From NCBI GenBank assembly GCA_030264375.1, contig JASCQW010000156.1:16169545-16233544 (forward strand): a stretch of 64,000 nt of DNA, given 5' to 3'. The number at the start of each line of letters is the position of its first letter. The first letter of the stretch is position 1. A program made the position numbers and the translations under genes. The notes below the pieces were generated by a model. That model saw only the letters and a list, made by a program, of their open reading frames with translations. It was not told the origin of the DNA and did no database searches. Below are positions 1 to 12,500 of the stretch, one piece after another. The DNA comes from Carcharhinus longimanus (Eukaryota).

Positions 1-1179
1 ATATGGTGCTGATACTCTGAGGAATTTCAGCAGACCTAGTACCAGCCTTCACTGTGCGCTAAAATGGAGAGTTGCTGCAATCATGGTGTATTTCATTGTA
101 AATCCACCTCTGGCATGGAGTAGGATAAACTGTAATGGACTGTGGCCCATGACTAACATTTCCTGGACAGGTTGTACATTGATTGAAAAGCCTAACTGCT
201 CAGACTCAGACTTCCAATTCTTGGAAGCACTGCAAGGAACAACAGTGCATTTTTTGGCTGCAATCTATTACAAATACCGTAATGGGCACCAAACATCATC
301 CAACTTGTACCATTGCCTTAGGTTATTACTTTATCGGCATTTATTGCCGTGTATTTCCTTCCTTTCACTTTCTACCTGTTTCATACTTTCCTTCTTAGCT
401 TCATTTCTTCATTGACCTGCCTAATCATACTTTGGTACCAGCAGAGGAGCTGAGACATCAGTATTACAGCACATTGCAATCACACATATTTCATTATTAC
501 AAAAATCTTACAATTCAATATGGAATTTTTAAAAATATGGGTTCTGTACGTTTTCTAATCACATATGAGCCAAGTAAAGAATTTCAATTCCTAGATAGGT
601 TTGAGGAAGTCCAGAGATGAGATAATCGCTGCACAATTCCTAATCTCTGACCAACTGTCAGTCGTGGTATTTTTATGGTTGGTCCAGTTCAGTTTCTGGT
701 TAATGGGAAAAACTAAGATGTTGATGGTTGGGGATTCATGAATGAGAATTAGTCTGGTGATCTAACTCGCAAGCTCAGTCAAGTTAAGTGATACGAGATC
801 AGTGCTAGTAATCAAGCTTGCATTACCTGGGTTTTGCACTGCGCACTACAAGCCAATCCAGTATATGGCATGTTTAAAAAGTCCCATTGGAGCGGTTTAA
901 AAAGATGCTGCTAACACATTTGTAATTAGCTATCCAAGGAGCAGAGCTTGGTTCCAAATGGGTATGGGCAGAGTATAGTAAATTGTAAGGTACAGCAAGC
1001 AGTATAACTTGGATCTTTTGGCTAAGCATCACTTTATTCAGACAGCAGTCTAATACTGAGTGTCATCCTACACGAGCAGCACCTCTAACCTTGAAAGCTA
1101 CTGTATTCATCTTTCACCTACAGCTTTGTGTTGCATGGTATTTAGATTTGATCATCTGTCAGTACTTATTCTTATTACC

Positions 1180-1560
1180 TCTAATCCCATCCTTACCCAG
1201 ATATTCATCGAGCTCTTCTTTGGCATAGCTAATCAATGGTATTAACCGTTTCACTTCTTTTCATAGCCTCTACTCAGTGAGAAAAATAATTTCCCCAAAT
1301 CGCTGGTCTTGCTTGAAGCCAGTTCATTTTATATTCAACGCCCAGAATTCTGCACATGCCATCCTAGTTAAATAGCCTGCTTAGATCTACATTATCATGC
1401 CTCTCAGCATTTTTAAAACCTCAACCATTATCTCTCCTCAATCTTTATTTCTTGAATGAAAATTAAGCCAGTTCAGCAAGTCCACCTTCATCACTCAGAG
1501 CACCAAGTTCCTAAACCATGCTCATTCCTCTCTTCCGAACTACTTCCAATGCCCTTTCGA
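1180..1560 (-). mobile_element. Old, degraded CR1-clade LINE 3' fragment
   Basis: Degenerate similarity to the better-preserved CR1/HER1 3' regions elsewhere in the window (e.g. 40391-40900). No ORF. Confidence 0.45.
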
Positions 1561-1749
1561 AAACTGCATTACAACTTTGGGGTTGTGGAAAAAAATCTCC
1601 CATCGATAGCTTTTGCATTTCTGGTGATGAAATGACACGAGATTGCACTTAAATTATTGACTAAAGAAATTACATTTCTTAATTCTCCCTTCTCCTCTTA
1701 TACAGAAAGGACAGAATCTTGATAGGATGCCATTTATTACCCCACCAAA

Positions 1750-2110
1750 CAAGACATTTATGTAACATCTTTATGGTGTCTCCCTGGAACATCTTCAAGT
1801 GCTTCACTTACAACAGTTTAATTTGAAGTTAGGAGGCAAATGAGTCAGTCATTTGCTACACAGGGCATTCCCGCAATGAGACAGCCTTGTTTTCAGCCAG
1901 AACTTCAGGAAAGCCCCTTGATTTGAAACATGCCACATGGTCTTTAACATACCCTTCAACAAGCCAAATGATGGCTCTATTTAATGTCTCATCTGAAAAT
2001 GTTGCACTCTGGCAGAACTGAACAGGACTGTCAGCCTGGATTATGTGCTCAAGTTCTGCACTGGAGTCTGAAGCTACAATCTTAATGTTAACAACTGATC
2101 CAAATTGATA
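1750..2110 (-). mobile_element. DeuSINE/SacSINE1-like SINE, degraded
   Basis: Reverse complement of the motifs in the 4890-5210 copy (tttaatgtctcatctgaaa; gccacatggtcttt), plus the head-side segment gtcagcctggattatgtgctcaagt. Confidence 0.6.
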
Positions 2111-2459
2111 TTACGTGCCCTGGTTCTGTCACATTGACAATACCTTTATCATGAAAGGAATCAATATGCGAACTTGAGTATTCAAAAGGCCTTTGGATTG
2201 ATGCAAAACAAAATCAACAATCTGAAATAAGCATGCTACACTGCATGGAAGGTAAATAACCATGAGCTGGTCACACAAAATGGACTGCTCCCACGATATA
2301 AATTCCATTTACTACTTCAGAAAGATTTGCCTCTCAAAAGACCCCACTTCAAATAAAGGACACAAACCAAACCAAACTCTTCGGTTTTTTTTCTGCAGCA
2401 CATCTTTCTCCTTGTAAAGTACCCAGAAACAAAACTAAGTCAATCCATGTAAAGAAAGC

Positions 2460-2680
2460 ATTGGAATTTACAAAGCACTTTTCATGCCCTCAGGATGTCT
2501 CAAAAGTTTTTTTTTGAGATCAATGAAATTATTTGAGCGCATTGTCACTATTGCAATATCAAAAATATGGTATCCACTTGTACACAGAAAGATTCCACAA
2601 ACAGCAATGTGATATTGACCAAATTGTCTTTTGCTGATGTTGGTTGTAAGAGAAATATTGGTCACGACAAAAAAAAACTG
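2460..2680 (-). mobile_element. DeuSINE/SacSINE1-like SINE, 3' half
   Basis: ccacaaacagcaatgtgatattgacc is the reverse complement of the atcacattgctgt.tgtggg block of the 4890-5210 copy, with the L2-like tail. Confidence 0.6.
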
Positions 2681-2789
2681 ATGGTGCAGGGACCATATTA
2701 TTACTGTAGGTTTGTACAATACCGAGCCAGGCAAAATGTTTAAATTGCTGCTAGGCATTTTTTTCCCCTGTTATTTCAATTATTTGTAA

Positions 2790-3080
2790 CCGTTCTTCTC
2801 ACCTGAAAGCAACAACTCTGATGTACCGTTCAAACTACAGTAAGCACCCAAGTTGCCACCTATTACCCTGCCCTGAACTTCCAGGGACAGCCAGCACTAA
2901 AACAATGGAAGGACATCACAGTGAAACCTATTCTCTGTTCACTTGCTTTCCAGCAAGTCACTAGATAATGACAAAGAGTGGAAACACTGCCTGATTTTTC
3001 TTCTCTCTAAGCTAAAGGGTTTAGGAGCTATTTTATTCCATTTATTATCATTAACTGGTCCCTCTACACATCAAAATGCC
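2790..3080 (-). mobile_element. Degraded copy of the SINE-like repeat also at 6240-6620
   Basis: Contains cctgaaagcaacaactc and cacccaagttgcc, reverse matches to the 3' motifs of the 42340-42620 and 6240-6620 copies. Confidence 0.4.
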
Positions 3081-3593
3081 ACTGAAGTATGACTTTCTTC
3101 TTTCGCTTCTTTTTTTATATATAAATCCTTTCGCTGGTGACAGTTTTCATTACACAAAGATCCAATAGTGAAAAATATTGAGGTCTAACCTTTCTGGTCA
3201 GGGAAGGAATTTAAAACAATTTTAAACGCTGCTTGCCCACCAGGTATTAATAAACTATTGAGAAGCAGATGATGGACACATTTATTAGTCGCACAAATAA
3301 ACTCCAAAGTTTTCCATTATATTTTGGCAGAAGGTGAAACGCTTACTTCAATTGAAGGCACAGATCTCTAACTTGCTGTTTTCCTTCATTTATCTGATGA
3401 CCTAATTTTGCTCATTTCCCATTTTTCAGCCATCACCATTCCTTGCCCCAGCCTTTTACAAGCACATAAGAACTCAGATGAGAAAAGNNNNNNNNNNNNN
3501 NNNNNNNNNNNNNNNNNNNNNNNNNNNNNNNNNNNNNNNNNNNNNNNNNNNNNNNNNNNNNNNNNNNNNNNNNNNNNNNNNNNNNNNACAAGC

Positions 3594-3835
3594 ACATAAG
3601 AACTCAGATGAGAAAAGCATACTGGTTCCCTTGAGCCTGCTCTGCCGTTCAGAAAGATAACGGCTGATCGCGACCTCACTCCACTTTTTTGCTTTAGCCT
3701 CCCATGTCCCTTCCCCCTCCGTCCAAAAATCTAACAAACCTCAGCCCTGAGCATCCATAACCATCTGGGGCACTAAATTCTAAAGAACCACAACACTTCA
3801 AGCAAAGACATTTCTTATCTCCATCTTAAATGTCG
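3594..3835 (-). mobile_element. CR1-clade LINE 3' end
   Basis: cataagaac...cccttgagcctgctctgccgttcagaaagataacggctgatc. The same 3' UTR occurs at 21700, 27640, 33093 and 37210. Confidence 0.7.
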
Positions 3836-3904
3836 CCCCCTCACCTCCTGCCACCAGCTAAGATGCTCTCTCATCACTCTTACAATTTTGCTTTGGAGAT
3901 TTTT

Positions 3905-4235
3905 AAAAAATATTTGTTTACGGTATGTGGGGCATCGCTGGCCGGGCCAGCATTAATTGCCATTCCGGAAGGCATTTAAGCCATGGATCTGGAGTTACAT
4001 GAAGGCCATACCAGATCAGAATGGCAAATTTCCTTTCCTAAAAGGACATTAGTGAACCAGATGGGTTTTTCTTTTTTTTTTACAACAATGGTTTCACAAT
4101 TAGACTTTTAATTCCAGATTTTTATTAAAGTCAAATTTCACTATGTGCATGGTAGGATTTGAACCTGGCTCCCCAGAGCATTACCCGAGTTTCTGGGTTA
4201 CTAGACCAGTGACAATATCATTAGACCACTGCCTT
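3905..4235 (-). mobile_element. tRNA-derived SINE with a tail shared with the CR1-like LINE at 23540-25100
   Basis: Minus strand shows a B-box-like GGTTCAAATCC, a central ggttcactaatgtcctt..ggaaaggaaatttgcc block, and the tail ggcaattaatgctggcccggccagcgatgcccc. Confidence 0.75.
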
Positions 4236-4889
4236 CCTCTGGAGATGGGAGATGGGTGTATGGTAATTGCTCTATTGACTTTTTTTAATCTGTTGAACTC
4301 TGTCTCCATTCACCACATAATCAAAATCAGAGCTATAATCTTCCATTTGAATTCATGAATTTTGACTTGTGGGCAGAGGTATTGGACGTCAACATGTGAT
4401 GCCATTGCTGATTCCACGTTTCCTTTGCATTTGACACAAGATATAAAATGAACCCTTAGTAAAATGGCTTCAACAATGGTCAAATATGTTTTTCCTTCTA
4501 TTTCTACAATTTGTATTATTTGTCACACACATATCATGCACCAAAATTAGTGTATAATGAAACACTTGTTGAATCCATCAAATGTAAATACAGTAACTCA
4601 AAACAGAAACTAAATTTATTGTAAATTGATTAATATGCGAAAGAAAAAATAGGTCAACATTTTGGGCATCTTCGGATAACCTATTTTGCACATTTCCAGC
4701 ATTTTCTGATTTAAAAACCAGATATTACAACTCTTCTTAGCAGATTACATATCCCCACATCTCATGATTTACAATTCTCCACAAACAAACTGTTTAGATG
4801 ACGAAACTTGCCTTCTTTCACTTTCCTCCTCAACCTTTTATGTTTACTCCATAACCATCTGTGTCATAAACCATAAGAAATCTATCCTC

Positions 4890-5210
4890 ATGACAAACCA
4901 CATCTGTGAATTGAGACATTAAACCAAGACTTCTCAGGTAGAGGCAAAAGATCCCATGCCACTATTTAAGAGAAAAGCAGCAGAGCTCTCACTGGTGTCC
5001 TGACCAATATTTATGCCTTGACTAACATCAGTAAAACAGATTATTCATTCAATATCACATTGCTGTCTGTGGGACCTTGCTTTGGGCAAACTGACTGCCA
5101 CACTTTCTACAACAGAAATAAAACCTCAAAAGTACTTCACCTCCTAGAATATGTATTGGAATATACTATGGTCACGAAAGGCACCACATAAATCCAAATT
5201 TTTCTTTCTT
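4890..5210 (+). mobile_element. DeuSINE/SacSINE1-like SINE (Deu-domain body and L2-like tail)
   Basis: tgagacattaaacc...aaaagatcccatgccactatt...ggtgtcctgaccaatatttat...atcacattgctgtctgtgggaccttgct matches the remembered DeuSINE core. Confidence 0.75.
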
Positions 5211-6239
5211 CTCACATTCCACTCTTCTACTTCACAGGATCAAGATTAGGTTGTATACTAAATCATCTCGACATAGCAGTCATTAGGAGGTTATTAAAAA
5301 AGTCATACAAATGCATTTAAAAACAAAATATAGGAGGGAAAACATACAGCACTTAGTAAGGAAGGTTGTAAAAGTAAAATTCTGAATTTTGCACCACTTG
5401 CTGATCAATAAAGTCAAGATTTAATGCAAATGTTCCGTTCCTCATATTATTGCATTTTAAACACGAAAGGCCGCTGAATGCCACAGTATAGCTTTTAAAA
5501 TAAGTCACAAGGAAAGGGTCTGGAAAAGTCCAATGTGAAATGTCCTTGGACAGTCTCAATCCAAAGCAACATTAGACAGTACAAACTGTCACAACGAAAG
5601 CAAGATTAGTTCTAACAGTGGCAACAACTTGTATGGGAAACTGAAAAGGAAATCAAATTTATTCAATAAAGAGCATTCTTCTGACACAGAGGTAAAAGGC
5701 AAATTGTTAAGCTGGGCTTGTATCTGAACTATGTGGAGAGGTTTTGCATTAACATGTAAAATGTAGAAAACTATCCCACTTCTATCTTCATTCTGACTGA
5801 CAAAAACAATTCCAAAATATGTTAAAAATGAAGGGAAATATTTAACATTCAAGATATTTGCACTTCTAAAATGATGCTGGGTGCAGTTGTTTGTGAACAA
5901 CTTTTTTTTTTGGAGTTAATTACCTCATCATTATTCTGTGCTTAAATTTTGGGATATGCTATGGGAAAACTGTTGGATGAGGGCTTCCCTTCTCATAGTC
6001 AGTGCTAATATTTCTTCTCATCTGAACATAGTTTAAAGATGACAAGAATGAAGTATTTGAGCAGCGCGAAAGTCATTACCAGGTGCATTAAATGATAATG
6101 ATCATGCACCATTGGGAAATGCCTGCAGCGATCACCAGCAACTTTCTAAAAGTTTAATTAAGCAGCTGTGCACTTTAATTGCTTTACTCAAATGAAAAGC
6201 TGACTCAAAACAAGGGAAAAGGAGCAGACATGTCTGTTA

Positions 6240-6620
6240 GCCTTTTCCTCCAATGGCCAAATGAGTATGGTCTGCGCCCACTATAAACACTAAACCATTC
6301 AATCATAAGACCCCAAGTTTGATTCCAGGTCAGTATCATGTTGGTGGACCTCAGCCACAGTAGCACAGTGTTGTTACAGTGACCTTCGGAGCCCACGGGG
6401 TAGGGAAGAAGCAATGGGCGAGGATTCCTGATTGCTATCCAGCAATCCCCGCTATCAAGTGCATGTGTAGGCCCAAACCCATGTTAGTAGCTTGCCAAAC
6501 TCAAACTTCCTAGACTATGAAGAATAGCAGCCACTTGGTGAGGATCAATGTATTATCAGCACTTGTAGAATCATATCCACAGGAAGAGTCAATGTCTTTA
6601 TTAATTAATGGAGGAAAAGA
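6240..6620 (+). mobile_element. Ancient SINE-like repeat (family unnamed)
   Basis: B-box-like gtttgattcc, then cctgattgctatccag, gccacttgg and ggaagagtcaa motifs shared with copies at 42340, 52070 (-) and 2790 (-). Confidence 0.5.
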
Positions 6621-7738
6621 ACTGAAGCGGTGTGAGGATATTCGAGATGCGCTCAGCGTTAGCACTACAAAAGCATTGCAAATTTCCAATTACAAAATAG
6701 AATGCAAAACAAACCTTTAAATATAAAATAGATTAGAAAAAATAAAATGCCTTAAGATTCCAACAGCATTATACTTTCTACTGACTCAATAAAGCAAGCA
6801 AATAATGGACAATGAACATACTTTCAACCTAGACATAGAACTATACTTGCTAAATATTGAATTTTTTCTCTACATCATTGTACTCTCAAAGAAAAAAGTG
6901 GTTGTAACCATCTCCCATTACCCACAGTCCTGAGCTGAACTGCTGGTGCCTGTCCGCCTTCATCCATAGCTTGACTGCAGGATGGTGACCAAGAGTTGAT
7001 ACTTTACTTTGCATTTTGATGGTCTTCAGTGAGAAACAAAGAATTGACACTAGAAGGTGGGATTTACCCAGCATCATAAAGGAAGTGAAACAGATCTCTT
7101 GTTTTTGTTGGCTGTGACTGGAATTCACTTGACCACTGCTTGTGGTGGTATGATTGAAATCAGGAGCTCAGAGGATGAGAAAATTGCAAGTGCTGACTTC
7201 AGTCCTTATCGTTTCATCAAGCATTTCGTTGGAACATTCTTAAGGATGATATATGAGTATGGTATTATTTGGGACAATGCAACTCATCCTTTAAAGGGAG
7301 TTAAGTAAACTTGAATGACAGGCAGCCCTGAGACTCATTTGAGAGGCAGATGTTGAAGCTGTTTTAGTTATGACACTGTTTGAATTTGGAGCACACAAGC
7401 AAACATATTTTGCAGTGTTTATATTCACGAAAAGAAATGACTTCCCCTCTTAGCTAAAACATCAACAGGTTCCCATCTTTTGGAACAGCAATCAAGTGAC
7501 AAGTTAGAACGATTTTCTATCAGCAATGTTACAATTTTTGTTTGAAACTCCCAATCCAACAGATGTTAAGATGGAGATAGACTATTATTATAAATGACAA
7601 TGCTGCAGAGAACCTCAGCTACGGTATTACTATTCTTAAGAGAATTGCTTAACAAAAAGGCTTAGTGTTTGACATAAAGCAAAATAATAAATGGTTCACA
7701 ATTGAGTGGAATGCCCAAAGTTTGTATGAACATATACG

Positions 7739-7813
7739 TCATGGTGGCACAGTGGTTAGCACTGCTGCCTCACAGCATCGGGGGGACCAGGATTCGATTT
7801 CTGACTTAGGTCA
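7739..7813 (+). mobile_element. HE1-type SINE, tRNA head only
   Basis: atggtggcacagtggttagcactgctgcctcacagc (A box) followed by a degenerate B box ggattcgattt. Confidence 0.8.
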
Positions 7814-8264
7814 TTACCTCTGATGGCACAGACTCCCAGACTTCCTTTTCAACTGACCAACCAACAACATTCAATTCACAGTCTGGGTTTCTGATTTTTG
7901 TATGCCCAGGCTATCCACATCATTTTTACAATTCATACACTTTTTCTTCACTAATAACCTTTCCCAAAGAGAGATCTACCCTTTTCTCCTTACATGAATT
8001 GTTCTGTGTCCTGCTGCAGCAGAACAAATTGAGACATAGACTCAACAGGAGGTATTTTTTAAAAACTTTAACCCCCATAAGGGATCACTAGAATCCATCA
8101 CATCAGAAATGATATAACCAGGAAATCCAATTAGCCACCCCCCTGCCCGCTCTTCACCCATTTTCAAAATTTTCTTCGTTTCATTGTGGATTCAAAGGGA
8201 GATCTCACAAATACAAACTTTTTGCCAAGTACAGAGTTTGTCACAATTAGGAGAAAAAATTGTG

Positions 8265-8560
8265 GTTCAGAGCCAACCATGCTGGCATTGGACTGAAGTC
8301 ACACATAGGTCAGATTAGATCAGGACAGGACATCGGGTTTCCTTTCCTGAAAGAAATTAATGAAAGTTTTTTTTAAAAACAACAAGCTGACAGCTTCAAG
8401 GCCACTTTACAGAAAGCAGGTTTTTATTTCCAGTTTTTCTTTTTAAGCTGAATTCAAATTTTCAAACTGCTGAGGTATGATTTGACCTCATGCCCTCGGG
8501 ATTACTTCTTTAGGTCTCTGGATTATTAGCCCTGTAACAAAATCACTAAAATATTTCACC
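8265..8560 (-). mobile_element. tRNA-derived SINE, same family as 3905-4235
   Basis: Shares gaagtcacacataggtcaga, tttcctttcctgaaag and aattcaaattttc blocks with 3905-4235. Confidence 0.65.
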
Positions 8561-9145
8561 CTATTTCAACTTGCAATGACTGAAAAGGGAACACTAAAAA
8601 AAATAGATATGGTATACTGATGGTGAAATATTTCCTCTTGGAAATAAAAGTGCATAATGGAAATAAACTGGAAATTGCTAACACAATTTTTTGTCAAAAC
8701 CGACAAAAGTGAATTTAATATCCAAAGGCTCCGATCTCAATTGTTCTAGCATCAAATACTACAGGCAATATTTAACACCAGGAAAACCAAGGCATCTATT
8801 ATACGAGAAATTCCTTTCAGTACCAATACCAGAAACATTGCTTTGGATTTCAGAAACTGAAATACTTTGGCTGCGTGGCCTAGTCAAAGATAACCTTGGC
8901 ATTCACAGGCAGGTGGCTTGAGAAATGACTCAAAAATGGAGGTAGTCAATGTCAGAAAAGGGTAGGACATTGAGAATAGACACTATCCAGATAATGGGAC
9001 AACTCTGGATCAACTGAAACTGTACAAAGTAACAGTTTCCTCAAGCAGAAAACATTGTCAGGACCAGTAATTCCATCCTATCTTCCAGGGATTAACCCTG
9101 CTGATCCACCTTCTCATTCTCCTGCAATTCCTTCCCTTAAGAAAC

Positions 9146-9202
9146 TGTATAGACTCAATGGGCCAAATGGCCCTTCTGCACAATAAGGATTCTATGATTC
9201 TA
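9146..9202 (+). mobile_element. HE1/HER1 3' tail fragment
   Basis: agactcaatgggccaaatggcc...ggattctatgattcta, the same tail as the HE1 copy ending at 44152. Confidence 0.75.
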
Positions 9203-10039
9203 TTAAAAGAAATGCAACCAATTACCTTGATTTGGTTTATCCTGTCCACTTCAATACTCTTTTCTGGAGGTTTATACCGCATCTCATTATCTTTTGGGTA
9301 ACTTCCCTCATTACACCTAATTTTTTAAGACTTGTTGTGGAAATTGACATTTCCCATCTGTGAAAAGTACAAGCCGTAGGGAACAAAGAGAGCAGAAGTG
9401 AATGATTAAGGAACAAATAATTACCTTGTTGAAGAACATTTAAGCGTTCTTTAAATATGAAAAGAGCATCCAAAAGCTGCAGAGGATTTTTCTTGAGATG
9501 AAAGTAAGATTTCAAGATCAAAGTGCAATTCACAGATCATTCCTTTCAGTCCATGAGCTGTGTGTGTGCAAGACTGTTCAACTCTGGAAGCTATCTGCAT
9601 TTCAAAATTGACTGTTAATTGTACATTAATTAAAATTAATTGTGTGCAGGTGGCAAGCATTAACTAGGAATTCACTTGCACCCCCTGTAAATAGACAGCC
9701 TGAAACTGGGTTTGCTGGGGCTAAGTGGTAATTGCTTGTCACATGTGGCTCTACAACTAAATGCTTATAAAATTAGGTTAGGATTGGGTTCACCAACTGG
9801 CTTTCTGGAGATACTGACTTTCTAAAATATGTAGTCGAATGGAAAACTTTCAGATATGAGGATTGGATCCTGGTTCCATTTGCTTTCTTGCTCGATTTCC
9901 CTTTTCTTCCAAAGCAAAGATACCCCAAATTTGTTTTCATTAATTGAGGCACTTTCGATTAGAAAATATTAACAAACCTTGTTCCCATTTTGTATCAGGC
10001 TTCAATATTTTTGAAAGTGCATTTTGTAATGCAAAAACT

Positions 10040-10210
10040 ATTCGTACCAAGGCCCTCAGCCTGTCTGCTTCTCTACCTGTTTCCTCCTTTAAGACACGCC
10101 TTAAAACCTGGGTCCCTGACCAAGCTTTTGGTTATTTGCCCTGCATTTCTTTATGCAGCTTGATGTCTAATTTTATTCCACAGACCTTCCATAAAGCACC
10201 TTAGGACAGA
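10040..10210 (+). mobile_element. L2-clade LINE 3' end
   Basis: tcctcctttaagacacgccttaaaacct...tgaccaagcttttggtta is the complement of the minus copies at 14265 and 35825. Confidence 0.55.
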
Positions 10211-10292
10211 ATATAATTATTGTTGTACTTTCCAGTCTGCTGCAGAGTAAAACAATACAATAGTTACACTTTTTCCAAAATCATCAGCTCAC

Positions 10293-10362
10293 CTTGTGAT
10301 TCAAAGAAATCCTTGAAATGGCAGACATGAACCTTATATTGCAAGCCAAACTAAAACTTGGT
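10293..10362 (-). other. Candidate 70-nt exon of an unidentified minus-strand transcript
   Basis: Acceptor ttgtttacccttttcAG and donor AAG|GTGAGC, with one open frame (PSFSLACNIRFMSAISRISLNHK). No recognised homology. Confidence 0.25.
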
Positions 10363-11959
10363 CTGAAAAGGGTAAACAATGCTTGTAGTATAAATCAAAT
10401 ATGCTAACATAAACACATTTTCTTGTGCAGTTCAGATATGCTACTGTACATCTCTCAGGGCTCAGTAATTGGATCATCTTCGAACTCCTTCATTTATTCA
10501 GGCTATACCAAACACAATTACATAAACAGATTATAAAGAAAGAGTGCGAGCTGTGATGCAAAATATAGTTTCATCATATTACAGAATTTTGTTTCTCAAA
10601 CAATACATTTTATTTTGCATGAAAAATTCAACTATTTTTCCAACCCTGCAACTGTCAAACATCAGCAATGTCATTCTGATATTATATCACCTTGAAGTAT
10701 AGTTGTAGAGATATTACTATAATATTGAACCATGATAAACCACAATAGAGGCCCTACAATTATGACAAGTATTATAAATCATGCTGTCATTCCTACTCCA
10801 TCATTTCAGAGGCTAGACAACATCTTATTCTGTGAAAAGCAATGCTTTTCCTAAAGGAGATGCTAGATTTGATGAAGCTTAGTTTTTTTTTTAATATTTT
10901 TCAATAAAAAGTCATACTCAAGGATATCAAACATTTATAAGGATTGTGGTGCATTATTTCTGAAAGAAAAAAAATGATTCCTTTGGATTATCTTGTAATA
11001 AACAGGCACTCTTTTCGGTAGGATGTCTTACCAATTTACTCAACTTTTAGAACTACCTAAACCCTTTATAAATATGGGAAAATTAAATATGGTATGGTTC
11101 ACCCTGCTTATCAATGTATTTGCAATGCCACTGAATGGATGTATGTTCAGCTGATTGCACTCTCAATCTGAGCCCATTAAACTCAGCCATTTCACATTTT
11201 CTATCTCACTTGCCTCCCTTCTCCTCCACCCATCTCCAACAAGCTGCAATTGGAGGTGATATTGTGGCTGACACAAGCTCCATCATTAATTTCGTAAGCA
11301 AGATATAACCAATCCATATTTTTCAATTTATCTTACTTTGGACTTAAATCCAAAAAACAGAGTGACAACAGTCTGCAGAAATGTATAATTTATCCAGCAC
11401 TAAAATGTAAAAGTTGTCAATGCAGGCTCGAGGGGCTAGGTGGCCTACTCCTGCTCCTAGTTCTTATGTAATGTTCTTGTGCAAATTAACATTGATTCAA
11501 GGAGAAAATAAAAATTACAAATCCTGGAAATCTGGAACAGAAAATCTTGCAAATACACAGAGGGTTAAACCAGCATTTTAAAGGCAAGTTAATGCTATAT
11601 TGCAGCTTCTCATTACAACTGGTGAGAATTCTGATGAAAGATCTTCCTCCTGTCTCTTTCAGGCACTGATTGCTATGTAGTTCCAGCACTTCATTTTGCT
11701 TTGATTGACAAAACTGTTCTTGAGAATTTTAATCCCAATGCTCCTTTATGCTGAGCCTGCCAACTACACATGCAAAGTTTGGTTTGTTTTAGCCAGTTAT
11801 ATTGGTGAATATTCTTGGCATTGGGATATTTCACCTTAGCAGCATTTCTCCAGTCCTTCAAAGTGTGCAATTACATGTGCTTCCAGGATCTGTGTGGCAG
11901 TATTAATAAATCTTCCTTCACCCGACAAACAACAAAACTTTCAAGATTAAGAAAGCATT

Positions 11960-12500
11960 TGGCATGAAGATGTTTCCACTTGTGGGTGAAATCAGAATTA
12001 AGGGCTGTAAAATATATGATAGCCACTGGTAATCCAAGAGGTCAGGATGCACTTGTGATCAGAATGTTGAATACGCTACCACAGTTGAAATGAATGGCAT
12101 AGATGCATTCAAGGGAAAGCAAGATAAGCCATAAAGGAGTAAGAAATAGAAAGATATATTAATGGGATTAGATAGAGAGGGGCGAGAGAACATAGACTCT
12201 TCCAGCTTCTTTCCTGCTGTTATTGGACTTCAATGAACCTACCTTATATTAAGTTTATCTTTCTCTACACCCTAGCTATAACTGTAACACTGTATTCAGC
12301 ACCCTCTCCTTTCCTTCTCCTTCATGTGTTCTATGAAAGGTATGTTTTTGTCTGTGGAGTGTCCAAGAAACAGTACTTTTCACTGTATACCAGCACATGC
12401 AACAATAATAAAGCAAATCAAAATCAGGGGGCTCATGTGGAGCATAAACACTGTAATGGGATCTACTGGGCTGAGTGACCCTGCTGTATTTATTTTGAAA
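11960..12500 (+). mobile_element. Old CR1 3' fragment interrupted by a Rex1 3' end
   Basis: gaagatgtttccacttgtgggtgaaatcagaa... resumes as ggggctcatgtggagcataaacac after the 12197-12426 insert. Confidence 0.55.
12197..12426 (+). mobile_element. Rex1/Babar LINE 3' end
   Basis: Similar to 45160-45358 (atctttctctacaccctagctat...aagaaacagtacttttca), with a caaatcaaaatca tail. Confidence 0.75.

Noticed and set aside
83-415. 110-aa ORF at the window start
   Set aside because: No recognisable domain, low-complexity hydrophobic end from T-rich DNA, and no convincing splice signals.
7739-7813. tRNA gene
   Set aside because: Matches the head of HE1 SINE copies and does not form a complete cloverleaf. 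The same applies to the other SINE heads.
8840-9030. RTE-like LINE remnant (KLKYFG motif)
   Set aside because: Only one short motif; the surrounding similarity is too weak to support a call.
3346-9476. Further minus-strand exon chain (~9425-9476 LLDALFIFKERLNVLQQ; ~3347-3401 HQINEGKQQVRDLCLQL)
   Set aside because: Donors are plausible but both acceptors lack a polypyrimidine tract and no homology is recognised.
11631-11665. CTGATGAAAG as a hammerhead core
   Set aside because: No stem II or downstream GAAA box, and no PLE context.
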